A DNA stretch of 63,159 nt, taken from contig NC_069003.1 of the NCBI RefSeq assembly GCF_001194135.2, forward strand, positions 3,591,173-3,654,331. The letters run 5' to 3'. The notes beneath the pieces are model-generated. The model was not told the origin of the DNA, ran no database searches, and saw only the letters and a program-made list of their open reading frames with translations. This document shows, one piece after another, positions 1 through 13,637 of this stretch. The stretch comes from Octopus bimaculoides. Lineage: Eukaryota. Numbering within the stretch: position 1 is the stretch's first letter; the number at the start of each line of letters is the position of its first letter. Position numbers and translations under genes: made by a program.

Positions 1-74
1 ATATATACATATACATATATATAAATACATATATATATACATATATATAGATATATATACATATATATACATAT

Positions 75-105
<31 letters not shown>

Positions 106-200
106 TATAAACATATATATATATACACATATATATAAACATATATATATAGATACACATATATATAAACATATATATATTTACACAAACAAACAAACAA
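1..200. repeat. Compound (AT)n/(AC)n microsatellite with a ~30-bp higher-order unit
   Basis: Direct reading: ACACATATATATAAACATATATATAT-type unit repeated 2-3 times in ~95-180. Confidence 0.9.
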
Positions 201-811
201 ACACACGCATGTGTGTCTTTATACGTATACACGAATATACATATGCAAGCGTATATGTATATATACATTATCATATTATTGCACAAAACACATTTAATCC
301 GCGACTCAAGGTGTCATTACGACTTTATATCTCAAATTTAATTCGAAACCTAATGGATATTAATATCATCGGCTTCGATATTAAACGAATGGAAAGTGAG
401 AAGCTGTGAACACACATTGAAGTGGGAAAACGTGTACAAACATTAAGAATACATTGAAACTTGTTTACATGTGTCACCAAAGATAATTATTTGAGTAATG
501 CCAAATTTAATTTACGCTAGAAACACGAAAACACGAGTATTACTTGATACCCTTACAATGCTAAAGATATTGAATTCCGCAGTATGAGAGGTGATAAGTT
601 CATAAGTGTGTGTGTGTGTGTCTGTGCGTGTGTGTGCGTGCGTGTGTATGTGTTCGTGTATGCCCATGTGTGAGTTTGCATGTATATANNNNNNNNNNNN
701 NNNNNNNNNNNNNNNNNNNNNNNNNNNNNNNNNNNNNNNNNNNNNNNNNNNNNNNNNNNNNNNNNNNNNNNNNNNNNNNNNNNNNNNNNNNNNNNNNNNN
801 NNNNNNNNNNN

Positions 812-883
<72 letters not shown>

Positions 884-1314
884 TACATGTACATATATGT
901 GTGTTTGTGTGCGTGTGCGTGTGTGTATAGTGTGTATTTATATATGAATGTATGTTATATGTGCATTTTTCCCTCCCGATGTGCGATTTTCAACATCCAT
1001 GAATGCGTTTATAAACACACACACACACACACACACACATACATATGTGCGTGTATTTGTGTGTGTGTGTGTGTTAGTTTATCTAAAAATCAATTCATTT
1101 AAAAATCAAGCTTCCCAATGGGGCCGTTGGTATTTATTTCTATAACCCCCAACAGAAACGAATACCACAGTTCACATGTGGAAGGACTGCTGATTGCTAA
1201 GAGAAACCCCTGCACACTAAACCATTGCTAGACTTGTTAACCCTAAAAACAAAGTCTACAGCATAATGTGTATGGAAGGACAGAAACACTGCATATATTA
1301 AGCGAGACTTCTAG

Positions 1315-1572
1315 GAGTTTTAGTCGAACGAATTAACTCCAGGGTCTATTCAATGTTTAAAGCCTGTATTTAATCGATCTGTCGTTACGGCACATAAGCA
1401 TCCTTACATCCATATATGCGATAATCCTTCATTTACCGTCTACCAAATCCACTCACGAGACTTTGGTTGACTTAATGTTATAGTGGAATACTCTCGCCCA
1501 AGGTGCCACGCAGTGAGACTGAAACGAGAACCATGTGGTTGAGAAGGCTATTACCAGACATCTACGCCTGCG
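1315..1572 (-). mobile_element. SINE family C (tRNA-derived, CORE-like), decayed copy
   Basis: CGTCTACCAAATCCACTCAC...GCCCAAGGTGCCACGCAGTGAGACTGAA...ACCATGTGGTTG aligns by eye with the copies at 27105-27425 and 32770-33112. Confidence 0.8.
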
Positions 1573-2169
1573 CCAACATAGATATCACCTTCAACAGTCT
1601 TATGTTACACAACATTAACAATCTTATTTTAGCACTAACACTCGTATAATGACATTTGAGGAAAATAAATAGAAAAGGCCGCGAGATTAATGATAAAGAA
1701 TATTTCTTGCTAAATTAAATTTTCCCAACATGAAACAGAAATATTTTGCTTTAAATCTTGAACGTTTTCTCTTGTTAGAAATCTCCTTCAGGTCAGGTAA
1801 GAGTGTTTTGATGTTGAATCACGAAGGCTTTTTGATTTAAAGATGTTTTGCTCGGATCTGTACAACTAATAGCGAACGTCAACATTGTCATGGAAGGCAC
1901 CCGAACAGAGATGACAACTTTCAATTCCGACTTTACGAGAAAACAATTGAATTTTATATCAACATGAAAAACACTGTTAAACAAAATATTGAGTGTATCG
2001 TGAAATTACTAGCACGACCTTCAAAGAAGTTTTTACAAACAATTAAACATATATTGTATGATATTGTTTAACTACGTATTGTTTGCCATATGAATATAAC
2101 ATACCGTATGAGTTCTTCAGCCGTATGGTGAAATTTACGATTCATAGGGGAATAACACTTTGTAATATA

Positions 2170-2340
2170 GGCACCAGGACTGAAATTGACCCCAGTACTT
2201 ATCTGGTATTTATTTTATCGACCCTGAGAAGATAAAAGGCAATGTCAACATCGGTGGAGTTGAAACTCGGTACGTAAAGACGGACGGCATGCCGCTAAGC
2301 AGATCGCCTGGAGTGCTAATGATTCCGCCAGCTGCGAGCC
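2170..2340 (-). mobile_element. SINE family A, decayed copy
   Basis: GACCCCAGTACTT...TTTATCGACCCTGAGAAG...AAAGGCAA...GCTAATGATTCCGCCAGCT matches the reverse complement of the other family A copies. Confidence 0.8.
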
Positions 2341-2463
2341 TTCCATTAATAAAACCTGAATACGTGGACTTCTTATCTAAATCATTGATTTAAGATTAAT
2401 GGTGTGACGTTTCTTACTATATTCAAGTTATGTGGGCTTACTGTATTGAAGTGATGTAGAGCA

Positions 2464-2697
2464 TATACCTATTTCTTTACTGCCCACAAGGGGCTACACA
2501 CAGAGGGGACAAACAAGGACAGACAAACGGATTACGTCGATTATATCGACCCCAGTGCGTAACTGGTACTTAATTTATCGACCCCGAAAGGATGAAAGGC
2601 AAAGTCAACCTCGGCGGAATTTGAACTCAGAATGCAGTGGTAGACAAAATACCGCTAAGCATTTCACCCGACGTGCTAACGATTCTGCCAGTTGCTT
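2464..2697 (-). mobile_element. SINE family A, near full-length
   Basis: Reverse complement reads CTGGCAGAATCGTTAGCACG (A-box region)...GAGTTCAAATTCC (B box)...GACTTTGCCTTTCATCCTTTCGGGGTCGATAAATTAAGTACC...AAAGAAATAGGTAT. Confidence 0.92.
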
Positions 2698-3304
2698 TCA
2701 CGGTTGCCGTTTTCAAAGAGGAATGATATCCGAGGAACACTGTTGATAAATCTACCTGTCTCTGCGACGACCTTGCTGTCAATATTCTATTCGTCTTTCC
2801 TCCACGAATAGATATTTTTTTTATAATAGGCTCAACTGGGAGGAAGAGGTATTTCTCCAAGAGTTTTTACTCAAAAAGAAGAGAAAGAGCCTTTGATTAT
2901 AGGGGCAACCTGGTGCTTATTCCCAGCCTCATAAACCCTGAATACATTGTTTTCAGTTTAGATTTAATCGAATATCTATTACTGCGATTGAAAGGAAATG
3001 ATGCCAATAAACAATAAATAGCTACGCAGTATATATACATGCACACACGCACATTCATATATATATATACATACATTCATATGTGCGTGTGTATGTATGT
3101 GTCTTTATCTGTCTATCTATCCATGTGTGTTTCTCTTTATATATATATATATATATATAGATAGATACATTATAATGTATTTAATGTACCTTAATATATT
3201 AATATATCATTATATCTTATTGTATGTATGTATGTATATATATAAATAAATACACATACACACACACAGAGAAATAATTAGTGAGCCAAATACACACACA
3301 CACA

Positions 3305-3363
<59 letters not shown>

Positions 3364-3774
3364 GAACATAGTATTCCGGCGTTGCGTATCTTGACTAGCC
3401 TGACTAAACGTTACTCAATGTTTCATAATTCTATAATGGTTTATGATGTGGATATCGAGTCCATCTCATTATCGCTCAATATCATAAGTCTCCTCGAAAT
3501 ACGCAAATTACTAATATGTTTAAATCAATGATGACTTCGATTTTTATCAGAGCTTAATTCACATTGACGTACTGCATGTAATTATCACCATTCCATTATT
3601 TTCATCCTTTAGAACTTTCATAATATAAACTAATTGTTTCCTTTATCATTACCTGACAACAACGACTTCTAAATTAACCCAATTATAAACAAAGATTTAT
3701 TGCGAAATCTCTAAGCAACCAGTATTTCTAAAAATGTTTATAAATAGTAAACATAATTATAATTGTAGTTGCAG

Positions 3775-3853
3775 GCCATTTCTGTGTGCGATTAAGAAGT
3801 TCATGTTGCGACTACGTCGTATTGTTTCTAGTCGCGAGGTACAGCACCCTGGT

Positions 3854-3855
<2 letters not shown>
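3775..3855 (+). mobile_element. Decayed family C SINE head followed by poly(A)
   Basis: GTGTGCGATTAAGAAG...CAGCACCCTGG resembles the family C 5' end; A-run at ~3854-3879. Confidence 0.4.
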
Positions 3856-3884
<29 letters not shown>

Positions 3885-5265
3885 CGAAAAAGGCTTCGAT
3901 ACACAATCCCCGGACAGATTAATGCGTTGAGAGTGGAAACGATCCCCCCCCCCACACACGCTCACACACAATCTCTCTCTCGATATATATATATTATCAT
4001 TATCTTATGATATTTACTTTGTATTATATTATACTTATTTACTGTGGTTTTACTTATTAATTTTTCTATATGTGACTGTGGATTTTCGTCGATGAGTTCA
4101 TGAACCTTGGTTCTTTTCCCTAAAACTATTTATTTATATTTTATACTGTGCAACTTAATTTAATTTTAATCTTTAATAAATTGAATTTAATTGAGTTTTT
4201 ACCTGTAAATTTGGATTTTTATCCCTAATATTATTAATTACATATATATATATATATATATANNNNNNNNNNNNNNNNNNNNNNNNNNNNNNNNNNNNNN
4301 NNNNNNNNNNNNNNNNNNNNNNNNNNNNNNNNNNNNNNNNNNNNNNNNNNNNNNNNNNNNNNNNNNNNNNNNNNNNNNNNNNNNNNNNNNNNNNNNNNNN
4401 NNNNNNNNNNNNNNNNNNNNNNNNNNTATATATATGTATATATATATATATTATTCTTTTATTTGTTTCAGTCATTTGACTGCGGCCATACTGCAGATGG
4501 CAAAAGGAGAAACGAGCACGCAATCCAGCGGGAAGAGTATTGAAAATAACCGTTAACAGATATGGATGTAGAAACGCCCTCGGACCAGCTGCCCCCGATC
4601 ATACAAGCATCATAGAAGTGAATATTGTGCACGAGTTTGTTCTCCAGCTATACATATATTCTCATGTGTCTGACTGAATAGTCTACGAGTCATTAAGTCC
4701 ACGTATAGCACCGTCATCTCTAGAATGGTATATTTTTCGTTGGTTTAGTGAGTGGTGGAATGTGGTTGTGTGAATTGTGTTGTGAAGAGGCACGTTAGAA
4801 GATTAGTGACATCAATAATTATCTTTCAAGTAATATATATTTATATATTGGACGTTCTGACGAAGTGATGTGAAATCAGAAGTTCTCCTTCTAAATTCTT
4901 CAGTTTGAACTCGATGAAATATAGCACCAAAGGAAGAACTAGGGTTCAATAAAACCATTTATTCAGCTTCCGTAATTTTGAGGAAAAGTGGTTGTTTTTA
5001 GAAATCAATACTAGCGTTATGAAAAGCAATATAAGTACAAAATTTTTATCTGTTTACAGAAAATTGTTTGTGTTTCAATCATGTCGTAAATCAATAAGGT
5101 CTGGAAAGTTCATTGCGAGAACATTTATTTTTCACAGGAAAATATGATGCTCTAATCAGGAAATAACTTTAATATAAAAGGCAAAACTGGAGCACAGCTG
5201 TGATTTTAATGCGTTTAAAAGTGGCCATTTTCATTACATACAAAAACACTTTGTGTCTCACCGTG

Positions 5266-5298
<33 letters not shown>

Positions 5299-5409
5299 CT
5301 TTCTTCCTATCTGTCTTTCTTTTGTTCTTTCGTTCACTTTCTGTTCTCTCACTCCTCTCTCTCACTGAGACAACAACTAAATCGCATATACGTACACAAG
5401 ATACTGTAC

Positions 5410-5470
<61 letters not shown>

Positions 5471-5623
5471 CATATATAGATAGATAGATAGATACACACA
5501 CATACATATATAGATGTATATATATATATATATATATGCACACACATATATACAAATATTATATATATATACGTATCTATGCATATATATGCATGCATAC
5601 ATAATATATGTATGTCATCTGTG

Positions 5624-5682
<59 letters not shown>

Positions 5683-6129
5683 GTGTGTGTACAAGTATAT
5701 ATGCCTATATATGTGCATACGTATTTTAGATTTGTCTGTATGTATATATGCATCCACACGCACAAATATGTAAATACAAGCAAACTTACGTTCGTACAAA
5801 ATCGCATACATACATGACCACTTTAGCATTATCAACTAATTCATAGTGAATTACAGAGTTGTTTTGGCTATTTTCAAATGTAAAATGTAATTTTTTGTAT
5901 TTGATAAACACAAAATGATATTTTTTCTTTAAATAGCAAAAGTCAGTACAAATATATTGCCTTGAGTTTATGAAAAACGCACTTTATCACTGCTTGTGTT
6001 CAAAATACATTGTGTTGCTGTTTTCGTGATGTAAATACACGCAATAAAAGTCAGGCCACTAGAGAAACAAACAAAAACAACAACAAGAGCTACAGCAAGT
6101 ACAACAGCAATAAAAACAACAACAACAAC

Positions 6130-6181
<52 letters not shown>

Positions 6182-6182
6182 G

Positions 6183-6597
6183 CGTCAGCCGGATATTGTC
6201 ATATTGAATAAGAGAGACAAATACTGTTAGCTCATTGATGTAACCATACCGAATGACATGAATGTTGTTAGTAAAGAGATTGAGAAAATCACGAAGTACT
6301 CCGAATTCAAAGTGGAAATGGCATGACTGCATGGAAATGCGAGAGAGAAATGTAAAAGTGATACCAGTGGTGATCGGTGCACTGGCTTCAATCCCATTGG
6401 AACTTCAAGACTTCTTAAGGCAACTGGAAATCCCATGCGATATTGATGTCTTACAGAAAGCAGCCTTATTGGGCACAGCGCACATCTTAAGAGAAGTATT
6501 ATCTGTCTGAGGTCCTTGTTGTGACATGACAGAGGACTGAAGACTCCGCTGCATTTTTACCTACACTGTGTTACGAAAGAATAATAATAATAATAAC
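6183..6597 (+). mobile_element. 5'-truncated R4/Dong-clade non-LTR retrotransposon: restriction-like endonuclease (RLE) C-terminus, 3' UTR and (AAT)n tail
   Basis: Manual translation RQPDIVILNKRDKYC*LIDVTIPNDMNVVSKEIEKITKY..., then after a frameshift VKVIPVVIGALASIP...LQKAALLGTAHILREVLSV* (ORF 6262-6510). This is the PD..D..K..KY RLE motif and the typical R4 C-terminus. Flanked by (AAT)n on both sides (6128-6180 and ~6579-6597). Confidence 0.9.
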
Positions 6598-6759
6598 ACA
6601 ACCACAAAAGAAGCTGGATGCTCCGTCAAACACATCCAAACAGGAGTACCACCACCCAAACAAACCCTGTTGATAAATAATATCAAAAAAGAAAAAAAAT
6701 TCTAACTGGGCCCCACTTGCAAGGCTATGCGTTGTTAATTTTGATATTAGATCACCCTG

Positions 6760-6882
6760 TCGGGGTCGATTTAATAAGTACCAGTTATGCCCTGGGGTCA
6801 GTGTACTCGGCTTAATCCCTTTATCTGTCCGTGTTGGTCCCCTCTATCTTTAGCCCCCTGTGGGCAATAAAGAAATAAGTAA
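6760..6882 (+). mobile_element. SINE family A, 3' half
   Basis: GGGGTCGATTTAATAAGTACCAGTT...GCCCCCTGTGGGCAATAAAGAAATAAG is the reverse complement of the tail of the 2464-2697 copy. Confidence 0.8.
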
Positions 6883-7409
6883 GATGATGATAATAATAAT
6901 ATTCATAATAATTTTTTCGAAGATAGGTATTTAAAAATACTGTCCATCTTTAATTCTGCAGCAGGTGTCACAAAAAAAACTGATTGTCATCATAAGAACT
7001 AGTTTGGTTTTATAATCCAAACGTTCATCTCACTTGTGTTGTTTGTCTGTCCTAAATCTTTCTTCTCAAACATCAACACATTTTGTTTCTTATTAAATAT
7101 CATTTATTGATTTATTATAAATATTATATATTACTTTTTTACACTTTATACTCTTTTATTATATATTATCATCATCATCATCATTTATGTTTTGCAGACT
7201 ACTCCTCCTTTCTGCATTTATGATCATACAGAAATTAATGTTATCATTATTACGCAAAGCGCTCGCAACAACTCACACGTACGTGCGCGCGCGCACTCAC
7301 ACACAAACACACACACACACGCACACACGCACACACACACACACACACACAATGTTTTCTCCTGTGCCAGCAGTAATGTTCTTAATGTAAGCCCTTTGAC
7401 GTCAATAGG

Positions 7410-7536
7410 CAAATTATTACCCTCCTCATTATCATTATTATTAATTTTATTATTATTTTCGTCATTGTTGTTGTTGCTATTATTATTATTATTATTAATA
7501 TTATTATTAACATTATTATTATTATTATTATTATCA
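7410..7536. repeat. Degenerate (TTA)n microsatellite, the tail or target of the adjacent minus-strand R4 element
   Basis: Direct reading; abuts the 3' end of the element at 7537. Confidence 0.9.
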
Positions 7537-8025
7537 TTGCATTCACACAGCTTCTAACGCTGGAGATGTACTACAGTGTCAGCTGTTCACTACCAGTGAA
7601 CTAAGGTAACACCTCTTATTTTTCGAGCACCTCCCGGAATATTCGAGCGGTTCCAAGTAGTGCTGTTTTCTGCAAGTGCTTTCCCCTTATTACCGTCCCT
7701 ATTTGTTCCACGTACTTCGAGATTTTTGCACATGTTCCCAGGGCTCCGACAATTATTGGTACTACTACCACCTTTTACAGCGACCACAACTACTTAATCT
7801 CTCAAGCTAACCTGTCATATCTCTCTACTTTTCCTTCTTCCTTATCGCATACCTTGTTGTCAGCTGGGCATGTTATATCTATGATCCAGTATAGTTTGCT
7901 TTGTTTCTCAATTAAGACTATATCCGGCTTCCTATTCTCTAACTCATGGTCGCACTGAATCATAAAATCTCATGGGATGTTTGCACTTCTATTTTCGACG
8001 ATACCTACGGGTTTGTGGTCGGAAA
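7537..8025 (-). mobile_element. 5'-truncated R4/Dong-clade LINE, RLE domain (second subfamily)
   Basis: Minus-strand translation DHKPVGIVENRSANIP*DFMIQCDHELENRKPDIVLIEKQSKLYWIIDITCPADNKVCDKEEGKVERY...VVVVPIIVGALG...QKTALLGTARIFREVLE; stop at 7616-7618; ends in (TAA)n. Confidence 0.9.
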
Positions 8026-8215
8026 TCGTTTATTTATGATCAGAATATTTTACTAAATATATTATTTGGGTTCTCTGACAACATGTATCATGATTTTTAG
8101 AAACTTTATCCTATAAATAAAGTCGTATAGAAATCACTCGCAATTTTTGAAAAAAGGTAAAGCGCGATATAATGTTCCCTGGATAATGTTTCCTACAATA
8201 AATGTTCCAAACACT

Positions 8216-9500
8216 TTAATTGTATTTTCGTATGAAATAGATATTGTCGAAAATATCGTCCCAAAATATTTTGCAATTTTGTATGAAAGAATCCAACCGC
8301 GCTAAGGTTCTTCTTTGTCGTAAATAATGTTGGAGGAATAGTGAACAAGTAATATATTTTACAGAGTTTTATGCCTTGTAAGCTTAATAGATTTCAAAGT
8401 TTGGCATTGTTTTTGAAAGAAATTAGTAGAGAAATTAAGGGAGACGTCGGAACTGGGATCGAAAGAGGAAGAGTAGCGGCGGGACGGTAAGGAATGGAAA
8501 GTGACGTCACGTCAAGGGGCAGAAGCATTTGAATAGCCACTTTCTTCGTCAGGACGTGAAGGGCAACAGGCGTGTGGACGGGATCTCTAAGGGAGAGTCC
8601 GTCCCGGCCTGAGGTTGGGGTAGTGTATACGTGTGGTTACGACCAACGGGTTCTGCTGATTATTGCGAAGTGAAGCCGTATACACTGTTCTGAGGTGAGA
8701 GTGTCCTTACTTTTTGACTTTGTGCTGGAAAAACACGTGGGATTAAACCATCGCTTGACGGTGATCAACATCTTTTCGTGACGAGAGTATTCAACGCTGC
8801 AGTATGGATGTTAATTTTGATGGAGTGGATGCTACAATTATCATGTATTTGATTCCGCAAAGGGAAGTAGGACGATTTTCTAGGAAAGTGATGAATATCT
8901 TTTCATGCTGGTTCTCTGAGATGCTCTATGATGAAAGTTCTTCTGGTAAAGTCGAAAATCAGGAAAATGCATTGAAAATTGAAGGAGAAATTCTTCTTCA
9001 ATCCAATGACATTCTTATTTCTTTTCTAAGTGATTAGAATCGCGACACATTCTCGCAGCAAGAGAAACACTTGAATATTTTACGACTCAATTTTTCTTGA
9101 ATAAAAGCAAATACGCTTTCTGCAGGAATTAAAGATGCATCTCTTCGGAGCAGGTTTTCTGCTCCAAATTTAATTGGTACTAATTCTGATATAACAACAT
9201 GAATGGCATTCAATTCATTGTCTGAGAAGTGAAAAACTTGTCTTCACATCGATCATAATCTTTTAAGGAACAAGAGCCATGCTAACACCTTAAATAAAAC
9301 ACTCCATCTTATCTTAGTGTGATTCATTAATTGCAATTCATGAGCATGTATTTCTTTAACATAATTCTGAAATATTTCATTTTTAGTTGGAAATATTACG
9401 ATGCAAACTGACATTTCACATTTGTAATGGCATTACCAATGCTTCAACGTTCTTCATTGCAACAGTCCTTTGCTACACAGAAGTTATTTTGCTGTGTTCC
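8216..9500 (-). pseudogene. Decayed hAT-superfamily transposase, C-terminal half, interrupted at 8408-8770
   Basis: Minus-strand peptides FPTKNEIFQNYVKEIHAHELQLMNHTKIRWSVLF (TRWNS-like motif), FSDNELNAIHVVISELVPIKFGAENLLRRDASLIPAE, KRNKNVIGL, and C-terminal LFTIPPT...SAVGFFHTKL...DIFDNIYFIRKY* (dimerisation-domain-like). Frameshifts and stops are present. Confidence 0.8.
8408..8770 (+). mobile_element. 363-bp GC/CpG-rich insert with TGTT...AACA ends, candidate solo LTR
   Basis: TG...CA termini, palindrome GTGACGTCAC (CRE) at 8501-8510, ATTAAA at 8742-8747. Removing it rejoins the hAT frame (VTK-RMPNFE). No clean 4-6 bp TSD; only a 3-bp CAT repeat at 8405-8407 and 8769-8771. Confidence 0.5.
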
Positions 9501-10694
9501 ATTTACTGCCGATTGACAAATTTATAAATAAGATTCTTAACCACAGAATCTATGTTGGGCAATATATGAGAAGGCTGAGTGGGGCATGGCACTGGGAATG
9601 AGTGGTGCGTGGCACTAGATAAGACAAATCATAGCAGCGTATGAGAAAAAACTAAAGAAAGACAATCAAAGAAAAGTCATGAAGTGCAACAGAAAAAATA
9701 TATATAATTTATGAAGGTTGAGAGGAGAAGCTAAGCACGCTTCAGTGTCTACCCAGTGTTAACCATGATATGATAATATTATGACGGGAATGACAGAGTT
9801 GGGACTTTCATATACTTTAAATTATGTTAATAATGATAGCTACAATGTTCCAGTTTCCTTCATTCATGTTTCCAAATGTGAATTATACAAACCCCAAAGA
9901 ATTCCTCTCAACACATGGCTATGATGCTACCCCACTACTTCTGCTCATGATCAGAGATGCACATATCGTTAGCCACCAAGGAACATGCTTAACTAGTTAG
10001 GGTCAAACAACTGACAAGCAAATCTGTAGTATTAAGCAGAATATTTGCTCTAGCCCGTCTTTTTGTACCAAGACAAAACATTGTACATGATAGCACTTCC
10101 AATCAATTAAGATCAGAACCCATGAGAGCATCCGGGCATTTTATTATTACTATTATTATTATTAACATAATAATCATTGTTTTTAATATTATTATTATCA
10201 TCATCAATATTAGTAATAATAATAATAATAATAATAATATTGCAATAGAAATACGATATTAAAGACATCAGATAATTTCCATTTTTCCTTGTACAGCAAC
10301 ATTTCTTATTAACCGCGAATCGTACAGAGGAAAAGGCATATGCTCCAATCGTAATTAAAGTGCAATAATTCTAATATAAACTACCATTGTACAGGATATC
10401 CTTTTCATTTGTAAAACCGTAAAAGGATATTGGATATACTTAATATCTAATATCGTGCAAGTGTAATATTATAGAGATCATAGGGTTGATGTGTCAATAA
10501 ACGCATTTCAAATTTGAAATTCGAATTATGTGATAGTTAACGACGACAGCCAATTCTGATCATATCGACATCGATGTTTGGATTTGAAATTATGTCGTAG
10601 TCAAGGGTATGTATGTGTATGTATATATATATATATGTATATATATATATAGGCATTTGTACATACATATATACATACATACGTACATGTATAG

Positions 10695-10738
<44 letters not shown>

Positions 10739-11022
10739 TTGTGTTAATACATATACCTGTATAAATGTATGAATTATATGCACGTTTGTACATGTATCTA
10801 TGTATATGTGTGTGTGTGTGTATGTCTTTATGTATATATACATGTATATGTATTTTTACCTGTCTTTTTTCACAACACTGGCAATACATTTATAAATGTA
10901 TGTATACACGTGTATATATACACACAGAGACAAACACACATAACCCTCCCCACCACACACACAGAAACAGACAAACACACGCACAAGGGAAGACACAGGC
11001 ATATAGAACACAGATAAATACG

Positions 11023-11054
<32 letters not shown>

Positions 11055-13083
11055 ATAAGCACCTCTTCTTACATATGTTTATGATTCAGTGTGTATTCAA
11101 TCAAAACGAAACTAACAGCAGTAGTTATTACCAAATCTCCCTGCGCACAATACTAAATATGTAATCAAAATATCAACTTTAAAGTCATTTAATGGCATTA
11201 AAGACAATCTTAACACTTGATTAAATATAATTATGAGCCTTTAGAAAATTTGGGTTTTCATGAATTCCACCAGATTTTCTATCGGGACACGTTATTGGCT
11301 TTCTTGTGAATATGCAACTGTAATGGCATTCATTATCTTCCAACCATTGAGCTAGTTATTGAACAGGAATTCAGTTTGTGATAGTAAAATTTCGGATTTT
11401 ATTTGTATAAGATTTAATGGTATGGTGCTATAAGATATCTTTATATACTGGGGTACCTTGTTGATTTTGACAAATGCTTCTCTTCAGAAACTGTATTTAT
11501 CTATTATTCTGTTTTCACTGGTTTCACGTAATGGACTGAGAAACTTTAAGGGGATGAAGTGGTTTGGGGGAGTAAATCGATCCTTGTATTTCTTTTTTTT
11601 TTGTTTTTTTTTAATGTTCGATACTAATTCTATTGCGAAACCAATACGTTACGTGTTTTTAAACGAGCAAACCCCGGTCAAGAAGCGACGGAGAGAACAA
11701 AGACAAATAAATACACACACACACAAATATAGACATGCATATATACATATATATATTGATATATATACACATATGTAAAAGTATATGTATACATATATGT
11801 ATGTAAATATATCAATATATATATATATACATACATACATATTCACACACACATATATACACACATATATATATACACACATATTTATAATGAAGGAAGC
11901 TTTTCTACCCATCCTGCATCTCTCCCTTACGGTCGGGATATAATCGGTATACTACTAGATATATTTCGCAAAGTTCCAACAAAAAACTCCAGTCTCCAAC
12001 GTGTAACAGAGCCTTCCCAGCACACATCAGCTTGATTGGTCAAAATTGAACACACCGTGCCCCGTACTCTTTCCCTATGTGATGACTTTGGTCATCGTCG
12101 ACAACGACGGACGAACTGATTATACGATGCTATTTAGATTGGGCGTCATTATTCCAGTTCATTCTGCAGCAATTACTAGCACAGTGTCTCCGGTTCGAGG
12201 ATATTGCTTGCTGTACCACAACCTGATGCGCTTTTGCTTGTGTTATTGCTTAAACGTTTGCAAGCATTCGGACCAGAACTCAAGTTTGAGAATAATTCTT
12301 CCGCTTCCTACTTCCAATCATAGAGGTTCTAATAACATTTAACGAGCCACGACGCAGCCATTTCCAGTCACACGAAACGGTAAAGGCAGAAGTATAAAAA
12401 GAGACAACGCTAATTGGTACAAAGTGTTATATTCAGATAACAAACCCTTGTCTCAGCAATTCTCTCCATCGCAATTAACTTAGTATTTACTAAAATTTAT
12501 AACAAAATCTGCATATCTGTCTGATTTATTCGATTTATTACCACTAGTAATTCTGTCAACACATGGCAACAAAAGAATTATCTCAAGGCGAAAATTGATG
12601 TAATATCAAATGCAATTTGCAGGCAACCGGGAGGTTATCAAGTTGAAAAGAATTATAAAATTCTTTTTTTTTTAATTCTTTCTTGCTTCTTACAATCATT
12701 GTTTGGAAAAGATAATGCAAATGAGAAATAGCTGAAGAGGAAATTGCAATGCAATTACTATTAACGCTTAAGCACCGGCATGTCATTACACACACACACA
12801 CATATATATATGAATTATATATATCTATATATATATATATATATATAAACACGCGCAAATAGATGTAGATGGAAGACTTATGACAAATGAGTTGAAGTGA
12901 AAGCGTTAATCAAGAAATCTGTGTCTACACGTCTCCATCTACGCTTCATTTACTCGGTAGATGTCAGTCTTGTCGGTACACTTGCCTATTGTAACATTGT
13001 CTCCTTTCTAGCGTATACGCACGTATGTATGCACATATATATATGTATGTATGTATGTCTATATATATATATATGAATATACT

Positions 13084-13155
<72 letters not shown>

Positions 13156-13604
13156 TATATAATATTATATAACAGATGTATGTATATATACATAGATATA
13201 TGTGTGTGTGTGAGTATATATGCATACATTCATACATAGATGTCAAACGGTGAAAAACTGCGGCGGCGGTGCAAAGGGGCGAGAAAGCGAGGAAAATGGA
13301 TTAATCGACACGTGCATAAACCATTATGATGTATTAACTAACATAGCGACTGATTGGCTAAGGTCTCTGAAGGAAACAGCTGATTAGCTAATCAACGAAG
13401 CGGCTAATTAACCAACATTTCTTACTAACTGGTTCATTTCACAGTGATCCTCTATCTATCTATCTGCCGAAGTATATGTGTGCGTGTGCATATGTGTGTG
13501 TGTGTGTGTGTGTTATATATACATATCTAGATAGGTATCTCTACATATATATTGTAGCATTCATTGTGTATAAATACTATATATATATATGTATATTTAT
13601 ATAA

Positions 13605-13637
<33 letters not shown>

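Noticed and set aside
9550-10140. Probable interspersed repeat ending in (TTA)n
   Set aside because: It looks repeat-like from memory, but there is no second copy or coding signature in the window to support a call.
12046-12342. 98-aa non-repetitive ORF (also 14502-14741 and 28448-28708)
   Set aside because: No recognisable domain, no convincing splice or start context, and a length within chance expectation.
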